The notes under the pieces are model-generated. The model worked only from the letters and a program-made list of their open reading frames with translations, had not been told where the DNA came from and did no database searches. A program made the position numbers and the translations under genes. This document shows, piece after piece, positions 8,859-18,662 of a DNA stretch of 64,000 nt. Position 1 is the stretch's first letter. The number at the start of each line of letters is the position of its first letter. This DNA is from Candidatus Omnitrophota bacterium (GTDB taxonomy: Bacteria; Omnitrophota; Gorgyraeia; Gygaellales; Profunditerraquicolaceae), in assembly GCA_041653955.1 (NCBI GenBank), contig JBAZEH010000005.1, positions 178 to 64,177 of the forward strand, read 5' to 3'.

Positions 8859-10193
8859 TTATTTATGAGGGGTCTGTTCGATATTGATATAATCGGTGAA
8901 ATTTATATCCTCCCCTATCTCCTGCTTTACGGTGCGCACCCTGTCAGGGGTATAGGGGTGGGTTTTAAAATAAGAATATTGCCTGGGAGGCCTTCTGCGG
9001 TCCAACTCTTCCAATTTACGCAAAAAAGCGATCATCCCCTTAGGATCATATCCAGCTAATCTGGCGTAACGGCTCGCTAACTGGTCGGCGAGCAGCTCAT
9101 CTTCCCGCGAGTATCCCGTCATTATTGAAGCGAAGGCGAGGTCTGTTGCGCCTCCGGCACCCGCCGTCTGGGGCACAGCCGCAGTCAATATCCTGAAAAA
9201 ATTATACCCCATTATAGCCTGTAGTTTCTTTATGCTATGCCTGGCAACGATATGCGCGACTTCATGCGCCAGGACGCACGCCAGCTCATCGTCATTATCT
9301 ACCTTATCCACGAGCCCGCTGTTCACGTATATAAACCCTCCGGGCAGGGAAAAGGCATTCGCCTCATCATCCTCTATCACCTTAAAAGTATATTTTATAT
9401 CTTTCCTGTCGCAGACATCCACGATCTTCCTGCCGATATCCTCAACGCGTTTCTGCACCAGGGGGTCCAGAACAAGCTTATACTCCTCTTCTACCTGCCG
9501 CGCCACGGATTCCCCTATTTTTACCTCTCTATCAGTACTGTAATAGTATGCCTCTTCCTGCTTAGTCACAATATTGTATTCGGTAGAACACCCCGAGGCA
9601 AAAAAGCATAACAGGATAAAAACGGAGATCAGCCCCATATCCCTGAATATGCGGTATAATCTCCTTAAAGGCAGGCCCACAACATTATAAAAACACCCCT
9701 CTATGCGCCGGATAAAAAACGCGCCTTTGCCCTGGATATCAAAGCTGCCCGCTTTATCCAGCGGAGAAACGCGGGCAAAATAATCTTTTATCTGTTTATC
9801 GCTTAACCTGTCCATATATACCTTTGTCTTCTCGCACCCCGTCTTTACCTTACACTTATCCTTGTCTATGACGGCGACCCCGGTATAAAGCCACTGCGGC
9901 TTACGGGAGAGCCTTTTCAACATCCGGCGCGCGTCCTCCATATCTTTAGGCTTACCGAACAGTTTGCCATCCTGCACCGCTATCGTGTCGGCCCCGATAA
10001 TAATACCGCCCTTTACCTTCGCGGACACGCTCTTAGCTTTAGCCAGGGCATTCCTCTTCACCAATGCCGCGTATGATTGCCCGCGCTTTCTGTCCTCTGT
10101 TATTTCAGCAGGCAGGACCCTGAACTTCAACCCGAATATCTCAAGCAGTTTCCTGCGCGCCCTGGAGTCGGAAGCTAAATATATTTTTCTCAT
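8859..10193 (-). CDS. maf: In-frame fusion ORF: Maf-like nucleoside triphosphate pyrophosphatase (N-terminal 186 aa) + lipoprotein-signal M48 zinc metallopeptidase (C-terminal ~260 aa); the M48 part may also start internally at ATG 9638
   Basis: The N-terminus MRKIYLASDSRARRKLLEIFGLKF matches Maf. At residue ~186 a lipoprotein signal (MGLISVFILLCFFASGC) begins, followed by an M48 HEXXH motif (LAHEVAHIVARH). No stop codon separates the two parts. The track ORF extends to 10283, but the Maf-type start is the ATG at 10193, abutting the upstream gene stop. Confidence 0.7.
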   Translation of the reverse strand: MRKIYLASDSRARRKLLEIFGLKFRVLPAEITEDRKRGQSYAALVKRNALAKAKSVSAKVKGGIIIGADTIAVQDGKLFGKPKDMEDARRMLKRLSRKPQWLYTGVAVIDKDKCKVKTGCEKTKVYMDRLSDKQIKDYFARVSPLDKAGSFDIQGKGAFFIRRIEGCFYNVVGLPLRRLYRIFRDMGLISVFILLCFFASGCSTEYNIVTKQEEAYYYSTDREVKIGESVARQVEEEYKLVLDPLVQKRVEDIGRKIVDVCDRKDIKYTFKVIEDDEANAFSLPGGFIYVNSGLVDKVDNDDELACVLAHEVAHIVARHSIKKLQAIMGYNFFRILTAAVPQTAGAGGATDLAFASIMTGYSREDELLADQLASRYARLAGYDPKGMIAFLRKLEELDRRRPPRQYSYFKTHPYTPDRVRTVKQEIGEDINFTDYINIEQTPHK

Positions 10194-10194
10194 C

Positions 10195-11439
10195 TCATAA
10201 CAGGGCCGCGCTCTCTCCGGCAAGATAACCGGTAGAGAATGCGGCCTGTAAATTAAACCCGCCTGTATCGGCGTCCACGTCAATTATCTCTCCGGCAAAA
10301 TAAAGCCCTTTGATAAGACGCGACTCCATCGTGCGAGGGTTTATATCCTTTAAAGAGACCCCTCCGCGGGTGACCATCGCGTCTTCTATGGGGCGGGGCC
10401 TTACAATATCAAGGCGCATCCCCTTAAACAATGATACCAGCGCCTCCCGCTCTTTAAGGGTAACCTGGCTCGCTTGCCTCTTTTCCGGAACCCTGGCTAT
10501 ATCAATGAACAGGTCCACTAACCGCGCTGGCAACAGGCTCTTCAGCGTATTTTTGATATTTTTTCTGGGGTTAGCCTTAAACTCCCTTAAGAGGCGCGCG
10601 TGCAGCTGCTCCCTGCTTAAGGCTGGTTTCAGGTCTATCTCTACATATACGGAGCTGCCAGGCTTAAACCAATCCGCTATCCGGCCGCTTAAAGAAAGGA
10701 CAAGCGGGCCGGAGATGCCGAACCCCGTAAACATAAGCTCCCCTATTTCAGAACTTATCTCTTTTTTTGTATCACTGAATCTTAAGCGTATATTCTTCAG
10801 CGTCACCCCTTCCAGCAATTTTGGGTAATGCTGCCTTGCCTCAAGGGGCACCAGTCCCGGGCGAAACGGCACTATACGGTGCCCTAATCTGCCGGCCAGC
10901 TTTAATCCTTCCCCCGTAGAGCCGGTAAAACCGTAAGATACCCCTCCGGTAGCTAAAATAACTTTATCGGCCGCGATCACCCTGCCGTCTGCAAGAGATA
11001 AACCTTTTATTGTATTATCCCGCGTGAATATATCTTTAACTACGGACTTATAAATTATTTGCACCCCGTTCTTCAGCAATTCTTTCTTGAGGATTTCGGC
11101 CACGCTTACCGAGCTGTCAGTCTGCGGAAAAACGCGCAGCTGCCTTTCAATCTTCAATTTCAGCCCCCTCTTTTCAAAGAAACGCATCAATTCAAGATTA
11201 AAGAATTTCTTGAAGGCATCCCTTAAGAACTGTCCGTTACCGGTAAACCTCTTGATAAAGGAATCTAGATCGCAGGTGTTGGTGAGATTGCAGCGGCCCT
11301 TGCCGCTCAAAAGAAGTTTCCTGCCTAAGATAGGATTTTTTTCTATTAAAGTTACCTGACGGATGAGCTCGCCTGCTTTTATGGCGGCCATCATCCCCGC
11401 CGGCCCGCCGCCCACCACAACTATTTTTTTATTATCCAC
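10195..11439 (-). CDS. NAD(P)/FAD-dependent oxidoreductase, HI0933/BaiN-like flavoprotein family
   Basis: Rossmann motif VVVGGGPAGMMAAIKA near the N-terminus. The 414-aa length is typical of the family. Confidence 0.7.
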   Translation of the reverse strand: MDNKKIVVVGGGPAGMMAAIKAGELIRQVTLIEKNPILGRKLLLSGKGRCNLTNTCDLDSFIKRFTGNGQFLRDAFKKFFNLELMRFFEKRGLKLKIERQLRVFPQTDSSVSVAEILKKELLKNGVQIIYKSVVKDIFTRDNTIKGLSLADGRVIAADKVILATGGVSYGFTGSTGEGLKLAGRLGHRIVPFRPGLVPLEARQHYPKLLEGVTLKNIRLRFSDTKKEISSEIGELMFTGFGISGPLVLSLSGRIADWFKPGSSVYVEIDLKPALSREQLHARLLREFKANPRKNIKNTLKSLLPARLVDLFIDIARVPEKRQASQVTLKEREALVSLFKGMRLDIVRPRPIEDAMVTRGGVSLKDINPRTMESRLIKGLYFAGEIIDVDADTGGFNLQAAFSTGYLAGESAALL

Positions 11440-11445
11440 CTGAAA

Positions 11446-12000
11446 TCAAACGCCCAGGTCTTTTATGGTAAATATGGATTCTAGTTTAAGCCCGATTCCG
11501 GAGAGATTTTCGCCTGCCCCTTCCATCCTGTCTACTATTACGATCGCTTTCTCCACGCGGACGCCCAGCTCATCCAGCGCCTCCTTTGCCTCAATAAGCG
11601 AACCGCCGGTAGTAGCCACGTCATCAACAAGTATTGCCTTATCTGTATTATTTAAAGGGGGCCCTTCTATCCGGCGCTGCGTCCCATGCCCCTTCGCCGC
11701 CTTCCTGACGATAAATGTTTTAATGGGTATCTTCTCAATATGGCTTAACGCGGCAGCCGCGCCCACAATAGGGTCAGCGCCCAAGGTAGGCCCTCCTATA
11801 GCGGTAATACCCGTGCCTTCTGCCAACCCCAGGATAATAGAGGCTACCAGATACGCCCCTTCAGGGGTAAGGGTAATAATCCTGCCGTCAAGATAATAGC
11901 TGCTCTTCTTGCCGGAAGATAGCGTAAAATCACCTTTTTTAAACGCCTCTTTCTTAAGCAGCGCTAACAGGCTTATTTTAAGGTCTTCTATTCTTTCCAT
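11446..12000 (-). CDS. pyrE: Orotate phosphoribosyltransferase
   Basis: PRPP-binding motif AILVDDVATTGGS and OPRTase-like N-terminus. The start is set at the ATG at 12000, preceded by GGGAG. Confidence 0.8.
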   Translation of the reverse strand: MERIEDLKISLLALLKKEAFKKGDFTLSSGKKSSYYLDGRIITLTPEGAYLVASIILGLAEGTGITAIGGPTLGADPIVGAAAALSHIEKIPIKTFIVRKAAKGHGTQRRIEGPPLNNTDKAILVDDVATTGGSLIEAKEALDELGVRVEKAIVIVDRMEGAGENLSGIGLKLESIFTIKDLGV

Positions 12001-12037
12001 ATATATAATTTTACTCCCGTAGCATATAAGTGTCAAA

Positions 12038-13843
12038 TTATATTGTGTCCAGGCATCTCGCGGAGGCAGCAGGAAGCTTTATCGTAAAGGTAGCCCCCTC
12101 ATCAGGGGAACTTTGCGCGTAAACAGAGCCACCCTGGGTCTTGGCGATATGGTAAACAATAGCCAGGCCCAATCCCGTGCCTTCACCTATGGGCTTGGTG
12201 GTAAAAAAAGGATCAAATATCCTGGCGATATTATCGTGCGGTATACCGATACCCGTATCCGAGATACTGATCAACACAGACCTTTCTTCCTCCAGGTATC
12301 CTGTCCTTACAGTAATCATCCCTCCGTCCTTATCCGACTTCTTGCGTATGGCCCATTGGGCGTTAGTAACAAGGTCAAATATTGCCTGCTGTAAAAGCTG
12401 CGGGTCACTCCTGACAAAAGGGAGGTCAGGGATAAACTCGGTTTTGATACTGATATTCTGCAGCTTCAGCTCATGCTCCACCAGCGCCAATACTCTTTCC
12501 GCCATTTCGTTTAAAGAGAGGTCCTGCGATATCCCCGCGGACTGGTGGGAAAAACTCAACAAGGAACGGATTATTTTGGTGCATCTTTGCGCGGATTCCT
12601 CTATGCTGGCCAGTATTTGCTTAAAATCCTCGTAATCAAACTTACGCTCCTGCTCAGCCATCATCCTGACCAGCTGGACATTATTCAACACGCCCGATAA
12701 AGGATTATTTATTTCATGGGCTACGCCTCCGGCCAGCAGGCCTATAGAAGCCATCTTGGCAGACTGCAGCAGCTGTTCCTGGGCCTCTTTAAGCTTATCA
12801 TAGGCGGATTGCAGCTTTTCTTCTGTCTTCCTGCGTTCCGCTATCTCACTGATAAGCTTATCTTTCTGTTCAAAGAAACGGAATATCAGCAAGGCTATCC
12901 TTCCAAAATCGCTCCTCTCCTTGCATAACCCGGAAATATATTCCGGTTCATTCTTGCTTAATGTCATAGATATCATCCTCAAGGGGGCAGATATCCAGCG
13001 GGTAAGCGCTAAAGAAAAGGTGGCTAAAGTGACGGCCGCGAAAATAAGCAGTAAAATATACAGCCTTTTACTCGTAGCCATAAAACCCTTTAATACGGCT
13101 GACTTAGATGAAATATCCAACCGCGCTAACGGAGCCCCGTCCCAAGCTGCCAACTCCCTGGAGAAATAGATCGTATCCTTTGCGTTTCCTGCGCCTGAAG
13201 CCGGTTCTACGCTGCTGCGGCCCATAGCCCCCATAGGCACAACCTCTATCTTGCTGCCGGTCACTCTTTCTATCTCTCCTACATATTCGCTATCCCATAG
13301 GCGCGCCGTAAAAAAGTACCCCCGAGGAAGCGTCTTCCTTTCGGGGTCGCTGGTAGGATGCACGGTAGCGCCGTGAAATTCCATCAAACCTTCCGGAGTC
13401 CAGGCGTAAAACTCGCTGAACCTGGATTTCTCAAAGATTATGGATATGGCTTCTTTCGGCAGCGGTATCTCAACAAGGTTACTGCCCTCTATGTTGTTAA
13501 AAGAGTGTATCAACTCTCCGTTAAGGGAATAAGTCCAGGCAGCGTTCGCGCCGAAAGTTACCATCGATGCCTCTATATTCTCACGCGCCCATTCCTTATC
13601 CCTGCTCCTGGTAAAATCTACGAATTCATCCCAATAAGTATAATCATAGACAAAAGATACCAGGGCCCTGCTCTTAAGGCCGATAACGGTATCAAAGACA
13701 ACCTCCTTATCCGCCCTTTGCCCGCTAAGCAGCGCGGCGGCTCTTTGATGTTCAAAGTTGCTATGTAACAGCATTAAAACCGCGAATAAGGCCAGTAGCA
13801 AAAACAACAGGAGGGTTATTTTGGTATGTATCTTCATGGTCAT
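12038..13843 (-). CDS. Sensor histidine kinase (periplasmic sensor, HisKA + HATPase_c); no response regulator adjacent
   Basis: H-box HEINNPLSGVLNN and N/G-box DTGIGIP ... GTGLGLAIV. There are two TM segments. Confidence 0.8.
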   Translation of the reverse strand: MTMKIHTKITLLLFLLLALFAVLMLLHSNFEHQRAAALLSGQRADKEVVFDTVIGLKSRALVSFVYDYTYWDEFVDFTRSRDKEWARENIEASMVTFGANAAWTYSLNGELIHSFNNIEGSNLVEIPLPKEAISIIFEKSRFSEFYAWTPEGLMEFHGATVHPTSDPERKTLPRGYFFTARLWDSEYVGEIERVTGSKIEVVPMGAMGRSSVEPASGAGNAKDTIYFSRELAAWDGAPLARLDISSKSAVLKGFMATSKRLYILLLIFAAVTLATFSLALTRWISAPLRMISMTLSKNEPEYISGLCKERSDFGRIALLIFRFFEQKDKLISEIAERRKTEEKLQSAYDKLKEAQEQLLQSAKMASIGLLAGGVAHEINNPLSGVLNNVQLVRMMAEQERKFDYEDFKQILASIEESAQRCTKIIRSLLSFSHQSAGISQDLSLNEMAERVLALVEHELKLQNISIKTEFIPDLPFVRSDPQLLQQAIFDLVTNAQWAIRKKSDKDGGMITVRTGYLEEERSVLISISDTGIGIPHDNIARIFDPFFTTKPIGEGTGLGLAIVYHIAKTQGGSVYAQSSPDEGATFTIKLPAASARCLDTI

Positions 13844-13937
13844 AATTATGCCATATTTTGCTTATATATCAATATATTTTACGTCAAAAATGCTGCCGAG
13901 TTCTAAGATTGACAAACCTTATTTTAATTGTTATGAT

Positions 13938-14669
13938 ATGGGCATGTTAGGCGGGTTTTTTAATGCTCTGGCCGATATTATTTACCCCAGGGTATGCCTG
14001 GTCTGCAGAGGGCCCCTTAAAGAAAGGCCTTCTATTGATAACTTAGTATGCGCGGGGTGCTGGAGCAATATCAAAAAGAACTCTCCCCCCTTCTGCCGGT
14101 GTTGCGGCAGGCAATTGGCAAAACCCGTGACAAAAACTATATGCCCTGTCTGCGTAAGAAAACCCGTGCACTTTGACCGGGCATTTGCCCCTTGCCCTTA
14201 TGAGGGGATAGTCAAAGAGCTGATACGCGCTTTTAAATACCGCGGCAAGGATTATCTGGGCCCGACGCTGGCCAGCTTAATGACGGAATTTATAAAGGAG
14301 TACGCTATCCCTGTAGAACTTATGGATATGATCATACCTGTGCCGCTATCCAACGTCAGGCTGAGGGAAAGGGAATTCAACCAGGCGCGCATATTAAGCG
14401 AGAATATCGCGCGCGCCTTTAATAAAGAGCTGTCGGGCGACAGCCTCAAGCGCGTAAAACATACGCGCAACCAGGCAGAACTGGAGGCCGGCGAACGCCT
14501 TTTGAACGTAAAAGACAGCTTCGCCGCGGTAAAAAAAGAAATTATAAAAAACAGGAATATCCTGCTGGTTGACGACGTGCTGACTACGGGCGCGACCTGC
14601 TCGGAGGCAGCGCGCGCCTTAAAAGGCGCCGGGGCCAATGTAGTTTTTGTCCTGACGCTGGCTAACTAA
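13938..14669 (+). CDS. comF: ComF/GntX-family phosphoribosyltransferase-domain protein
   Basis: N-terminal Zn-finger-like region CLVCRG ... CAGCW and a C-terminal PRTase motif LLVDDVLTTGAT. The start is taken at the internal ATG (13938), clear of the divergent kinase gene. Confidence 0.7.
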   Translation: MGMLGGFFNALADIIYPRVCLVCRGPLKERPSIDNLVCAGCWSNIKKNSPPFCRCCGRQLAKPVTKTICPVCVRKPVHFDRAFAPCPYEGIVKELIRAFKYRGKDYLGPTLASLMTEFIKEYAIPVELMDMIIPVPLSNVRLREREFNQARILSENIARAFNKELSGDSLKRVKHTRNQAELEAGERLLNVKDSFAAVKKEIIKNRNILLVDDVLTTGATCSEAARALKGAGANVVFVLTLAN

Positions 14670-14671
14670 AT

Positions 14672-15769
14672 ATGAAAATACTGCGTAATTATTTTTTGAA
14701 GGAATTTATCGGCCCTCTTTTCATGGCATTGGGGGTGCTTACCTTTGTCATGATACTCGGAAACCTTATCAAGATCGCCGATTTAGTCATAAACAAGGGC
14801 GTGGATATCTTCAATGTCTCCAAGCTGCTGGTATTAATGATACCCTATCTCCTGACATACACCATGCCTATTGCCGCTCTTACGGCAGTGCTTCTTTCTT
14901 TGGGAAGGCTCTCAAGCGACAATGAGATAATAGCCATCAGGGCAAGCGGCATCAATATGTTCAGCCTTATAGCCCCGCTGCTTATAGTCGGGTTGATAAT
15001 AAGCCTGATACTGGTGGTATTTAATGACCGGGTCATACCTTACGCGCATTTCGCCACCAGGAAGACGATCATGGAGATCGGGGTAAAAAACCCTACTGCC
15101 GCGCTTGAGCCGGGGATATTCATAGACTCCTTCGAGAAATATGTCCTTTTTATCTATAAAATAGATAAGAACAAGCTGAATAACGTGCGCATATACGAAC
15201 CGCAGGGGGAAGACAGGCCGGCGCGCACTATCGTAGCCAAAAGAGGGGAATTTATCGCGGTGCCGGAAAAGAATATGATCAAATTAAAGCTTATGGAGGG
15301 GACTTCCGATGAGCCGGACCCGGAAAACCCGAACAATTTCTATAAGCTGAACTTCAAGACCTATTTCATGACCCTGAACCTTGGCCAGATGCGCGATACG
15401 AGCAATATTGAGAAAAAACCCAAGGATATGACCATACAAGAGTTAAAACACGAGATCAAAAAAAGAGAAAAAGATGGTATTGACCCTGCCCCGCTTATAA
15501 CCGAAATAAACGAAAAGATATCCCTCGCCTTCGCCTGCTTTGTGCTGATGCTCTTCGGTATACCCCTGGCAATAATCACCCGCCGCCGCGAGAAATCCAT
15601 CAACTTCGGCATGGCCTTTCTTATCGTCGGGATATATTACCTCATGCTCCTGGGCTCCCAGGCCCTGGGGATACAGGGTAAACTGAATCCCATGATCGCC
15701 ATGTGGATACCCAATATAATACTGGGGGGGATAGGGGCTACGCTGACATATAAATTATGCGTATCTTAG
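14672..15769 (+). CDS. lptF: LPS export ABC permease LptF (YjgP/YjgQ family)
   Basis: 365 aa. Starts MKILRNYFLKEF. Six-TM YjgP/YjgQ topology with a periplasmic beta-jellyroll insert. It is paired with a second paralog. Confidence 0.75.
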   Translation: MKILRNYFLKEFIGPLFMALGVLTFVMILGNLIKIADLVINKGVDIFNVSKLLVLMIPYLLTYTMPIAALTAVLLSLGRLSSDNEIIAIRASGINMFSLIAPLLIVGLIISLILVVFNDRVIPYAHFATRKTIMEIGVKNPTAALEPGIFIDSFEKYVLFIYKIDKNKLNNVRIYEPQGEDRPARTIVAKRGEFIAVPEKNMIKLKLMEGTSDEPDPENPNNFYKLNFKTYFMTLNLGQMRDTSNIEKKPKDMTIQELKHEIKKREKDGIDPAPLITEINEKISLAFACFVLMLFGIPLAIITRRREKSINFGMAFLIVGIYYLMLLGSQALGIQGKLNPMIAMWIPNIILGGIGATLTYKLCVS

Positions 15770-16857
15770 ACCGCTATATATTGAAATCCGTCCTGGCGCT
15801 ATTCTTCCAATGCCTGCTCACCTTCCTCTTCCTTTACGTCATAATAGATATATTCTCGCACTTAGACGATATATTAAAACATAAGACGAGCCTGGAGATG
15901 ATAGGCAGGTATTACCTGTCTTATCTGCCTATAATATTCGTGCAGGTCTCCCCCATTGCCTGCCTCTTAAGCACCCTGTACACTTTCGGGGCGCTCAACC
16001 GCAATAATGAACTTATCGCCATGCGCGCATCCGGACTGAATATATTCCAGATAACCAAAACCGTGATCATATTCGGGATAATCCTTAGCGCCTGCGTATT
16101 CTGGGTAAATGACAGGTTCGTCCCTTCTTCCATGGCGCTGACCGAGAAGATCAAATCGCAGATGGAGTCCGGAGCCAGGAAGACAAAAGAAAAAGGGCAT
16201 GAAACCATCAGCAACCTCTCCATGTACGGCTTAAAGAACAGGTTATTTTTCGTAAATAAGTTCTCGCCTTCCGCGAATACTATGGAAGGGATAATAATAC
16301 TTGAGCACGACGATAAGCAGAATATCACTAAAAAGATAGTGGCAAACAAAGGGGTTTACAGGGACGGGTTATGGTGGTTCTATCAGTGCATAACTTATCA
16401 TTTCGACGATAATGTCCAGATGAGAGAAGAGCCGCAATACGAGGAAGAAGAGATAATGGAGATACCGGAAACACCTTATGACTTCCTGCATCAGATGCTG
16501 CGCCCGGAATTCATGACCATCTCCCAGCTTAATAACTATATCTGGAAACTATCCGAAAGCGGCGCTACCACGGTAATAAGGAACCTTAAGGTAGACCTTT
16601 ACCAAAGGTTCACATCGCCGCTTACCAGCATAGTCATTATTCTGCTGGGGATACCTTTTTCTATGGTAATGCGCAAACGCGCCACAGGATTATCTTCAAT
16701 AGGACTGTCGCTTATGGTAGGATTTTTGTATTACGTCTTCAACGCGGTAAGCATTGCCCTGGGTAAGGCGGGGGTATTCCCTCCGATAATAGCAGCATCA
16801 TTAAGCCATATCGTCGCCCTTACTACGGCGTTATACCTGATACATAAACTACCCTGA
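15757..16857 (+). CDS. lptG: LPS export ABC permease LptG
   Basis: 366 aa. Starts MRILDRYILKSVLALF. It is the second YjgP/YjgQ paralog and overlaps lptF by 13 nt. Confidence 0.75.
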   Translation: MRILDRYILKSVLALFFQCLLTFLFLYVIIDIFSHLDDILKHKTSLEMIGRYYLSYLPIIFVQVSPIACLLSTLYTFGALNRNNELIAMRASGLNIFQITKTVIIFGIILSACVFWVNDRFVPSSMALTEKIKSQMESGARKTKEKGHETISNLSMYGLKNRLFFVNKFSPSANTMEGIIILEHDDKQNITKKIVANKGVYRDGLWWFYQCITYHFDDNVQMREEPQYEEEEIMEIPETPYDFLHQMLRPEFMTISQLNNYIWKLSESGATTVIRNLKVDLYQRFTSPLTSIVIILLGIPFSMVMRKRATGLSSIGLSLMVGFLYYVFNAVSIALGKAGVFPPIIAASLSHIVALTTALYLIHKLP

Positions 16858-16863
16858 AGAAAA

Positions 16864-18003
16864 TCATACATATATTCTCGGCACACGGCTGCCCAGCCCG
16901 CAGACTATCTCATAAGGTATGGTATACGAAAGTTCAGCCAGCTCCTCGGCGGTTATCTTTTGCCTTCCTTGCGAGCCGATAAGCACTACTTCATCCCCTA
17001 TCCTGGCCTTAAGGCCGCCCACATCAACCATTATCTGATCCATACATATCCTGCCGCTTATCTTAAAACGCTTACCGCCTATCAGGACCGGAGCGTTATT
17101 GGAAAGATTGCGCGGATAACCATCCCCATAACCGATAGGTAAAGTAATAATATTAGCTGCTTTTTTAGTAATATAAATATGGCCATAACTTACACCGTGG
17201 CCCTTAGAGAGCCTCTTCATGAACAGGACCCTGCTCTTCAGGCTTAAGACCGGCTTGAAGCTGACCTTCAACCCCTTCTTGGGATAAAGGCCGTATATCA
17301 CCAACCCCGGGCGGACCATATTAAAATGGCTATCCTTATGGCCGATAATACCCATACTGTTTGCCGCGTGCACTAAAGGTATACTGATCCCCGCCTTATC
17401 CAGCCTGTGCGTGAGGAGCTTAAGCAGGTTAATCTGATAAGAAGTGAATCTTTTATCCATATCCGCGAACGGAAAATGCGTAAATATACCCTCTATATTT
17501 ACGCGCTTTAATTTATGGACCCTTTTTACGAGATCTTCCGCGTCCAGGTGCGATACGCCGATCCTGCCCATCCCGGTATCCACCTTTATATGCACATTTA
17601 CGTTTTTACCCAGGGACCTGGCCTTATTATCCAACGCGCGGGCCAGAGATTCATCGCAAACGGTGACGGTAAGTCCATATTTAAATACGGGAGGAATATC
17701 TTTCTTCATGATCAGTCCGAGTATCAATATAGGGACCTTTACCCCTGCCTCCCTTAATTTTATCCCTTCATCTATTGATGCCACACCCAGATAATCCACT
17801 CCGCAGGATACCAGTTTTTTACTTACCGGTATAAGCCCGTGCCCGTAGGCGTCTGCCTTAACGCAAACCATGACCCTGGTTTTAGGAGCCACCAGCTTTT
17901 TTATCTGTCTGAAATTATAAGCCAGGTTATTTAAATTTACCTCTGCCCACGTGGGCCTGTATCCTATGCTCTTGGCCTTATTCATCTTTTTCTGATCTGG
18001 CAC
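16864..18003 (-). CDS. alr: Alanine racemase
   Basis: PLP-binding motif VKADAYGHG. The 379-aa length is typical. Confidence 0.85.
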   Translation of the reverse strand: MPDQKKMNKAKSIGYRPTWAEVNLNNLAYNFRQIKKLVAPKTRVMVCVKADAYGHGLIPVSKKLVSCGVDYLGVASIDEGIKLREAGVKVPILILGLIMKKDIPPVFKYGLTVTVCDESLARALDNKARSLGKNVNVHIKVDTGMGRIGVSHLDAEDLVKRVHKLKRVNIEGIFTHFPFADMDKRFTSYQINLLKLLTHRLDKAGISIPLVHAANSMGIIGHKDSHFNMVRPGLVIYGLYPKKGLKVSFKPVLSLKSRVLFMKRLSKGHGVSYGHIYITKKAANIITLPIGYGDGYPRNLSNNAPVLIGGKRFKISGRICMDQIMVDVGGLKARIGDEVVLIGSQGRQKITAEELAELSYTIPYEIVCGLGSRVPRIYV

Positions 18004-18662
18004 TCTTTGGGATAGATATAAACCGGTTTAACTTTGAAGCCCCTTCCGGATCTTCCTTTTTTGATTATCTGCACTGCCGCTTTAATAATATTATGCCCGG
18101 AAGGATACCAGTGGTCCTTTTCCAGCAACATACCGATATCCATCTTTGTCAGGATCTTATCCTTATACATGCCTATCGCATCCCCCAGGCACACTACCCC
18201 TTTTCTGGCCGTTATCTTTTTAAGTAGCTCATCTATAGTCAGAAGCATATAAGGGGTAATACGTTTTAATTTACCCGCGCTGTTACTGTAAATGGCGCAA
18301 TAAATAAGGCCTCTTTTGGCATCGATGATCGGAGCAATATATTTAGCTTCAGCAGGGGCATTAGCCGCCAGTATATCCAGGGTAGGTATCCCTATAACCG
18401 GCTTATTTAATGACAAAGCAAGCCCTTTTATCGCGGCGATCCCCACGCGCATACCGGTAAAAGAACCGGGGCCTAAACCGCAGGCAAGATAATCTATATC
18501 CTTCATCCGCCAGCCGATCGCATTGACCACCCTCTTTATGGTTAAGGCGAGCAGACCTGAAAGCCTCCTTTCAACCTCAAGCCTGTATTCGCATACCATC
18601 CCGTCGTTGTATACGCCTATGCAAAGGAATTTTGAAGTAGTGTCAATCCCTAATATCTTCAT
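17982..18662 (-). CDS. tsaB: tRNA t6A37 biosynthesis protein TsaB (YeaZ)
   Basis: Starts MKILGIDTTSKFLCIGV, an inactive Kae1/YgjD paralog. It is adjacent to tsaE. Confidence 0.8.
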   Translation of the reverse strand: MKILGIDTTSKFLCIGVYNDGMVCEYRLEVERRLSGLLALTIKRVVNAIGWRMKDIDYLACGLGPGSFTGMRVGIAAIKGLALSLNKPVIGIPTLDILAANAPAEAKYIAPIIDAKRGLIYCAIYSNSAGKLKRITPYMLLTIDELLKKITARKGVVCLGDAIGMYKDKILTKMDIGMLLEKDHWYPSGHNIIKAAVQIIKKGRSGRGFKVKPVYIYPKECQIRKR

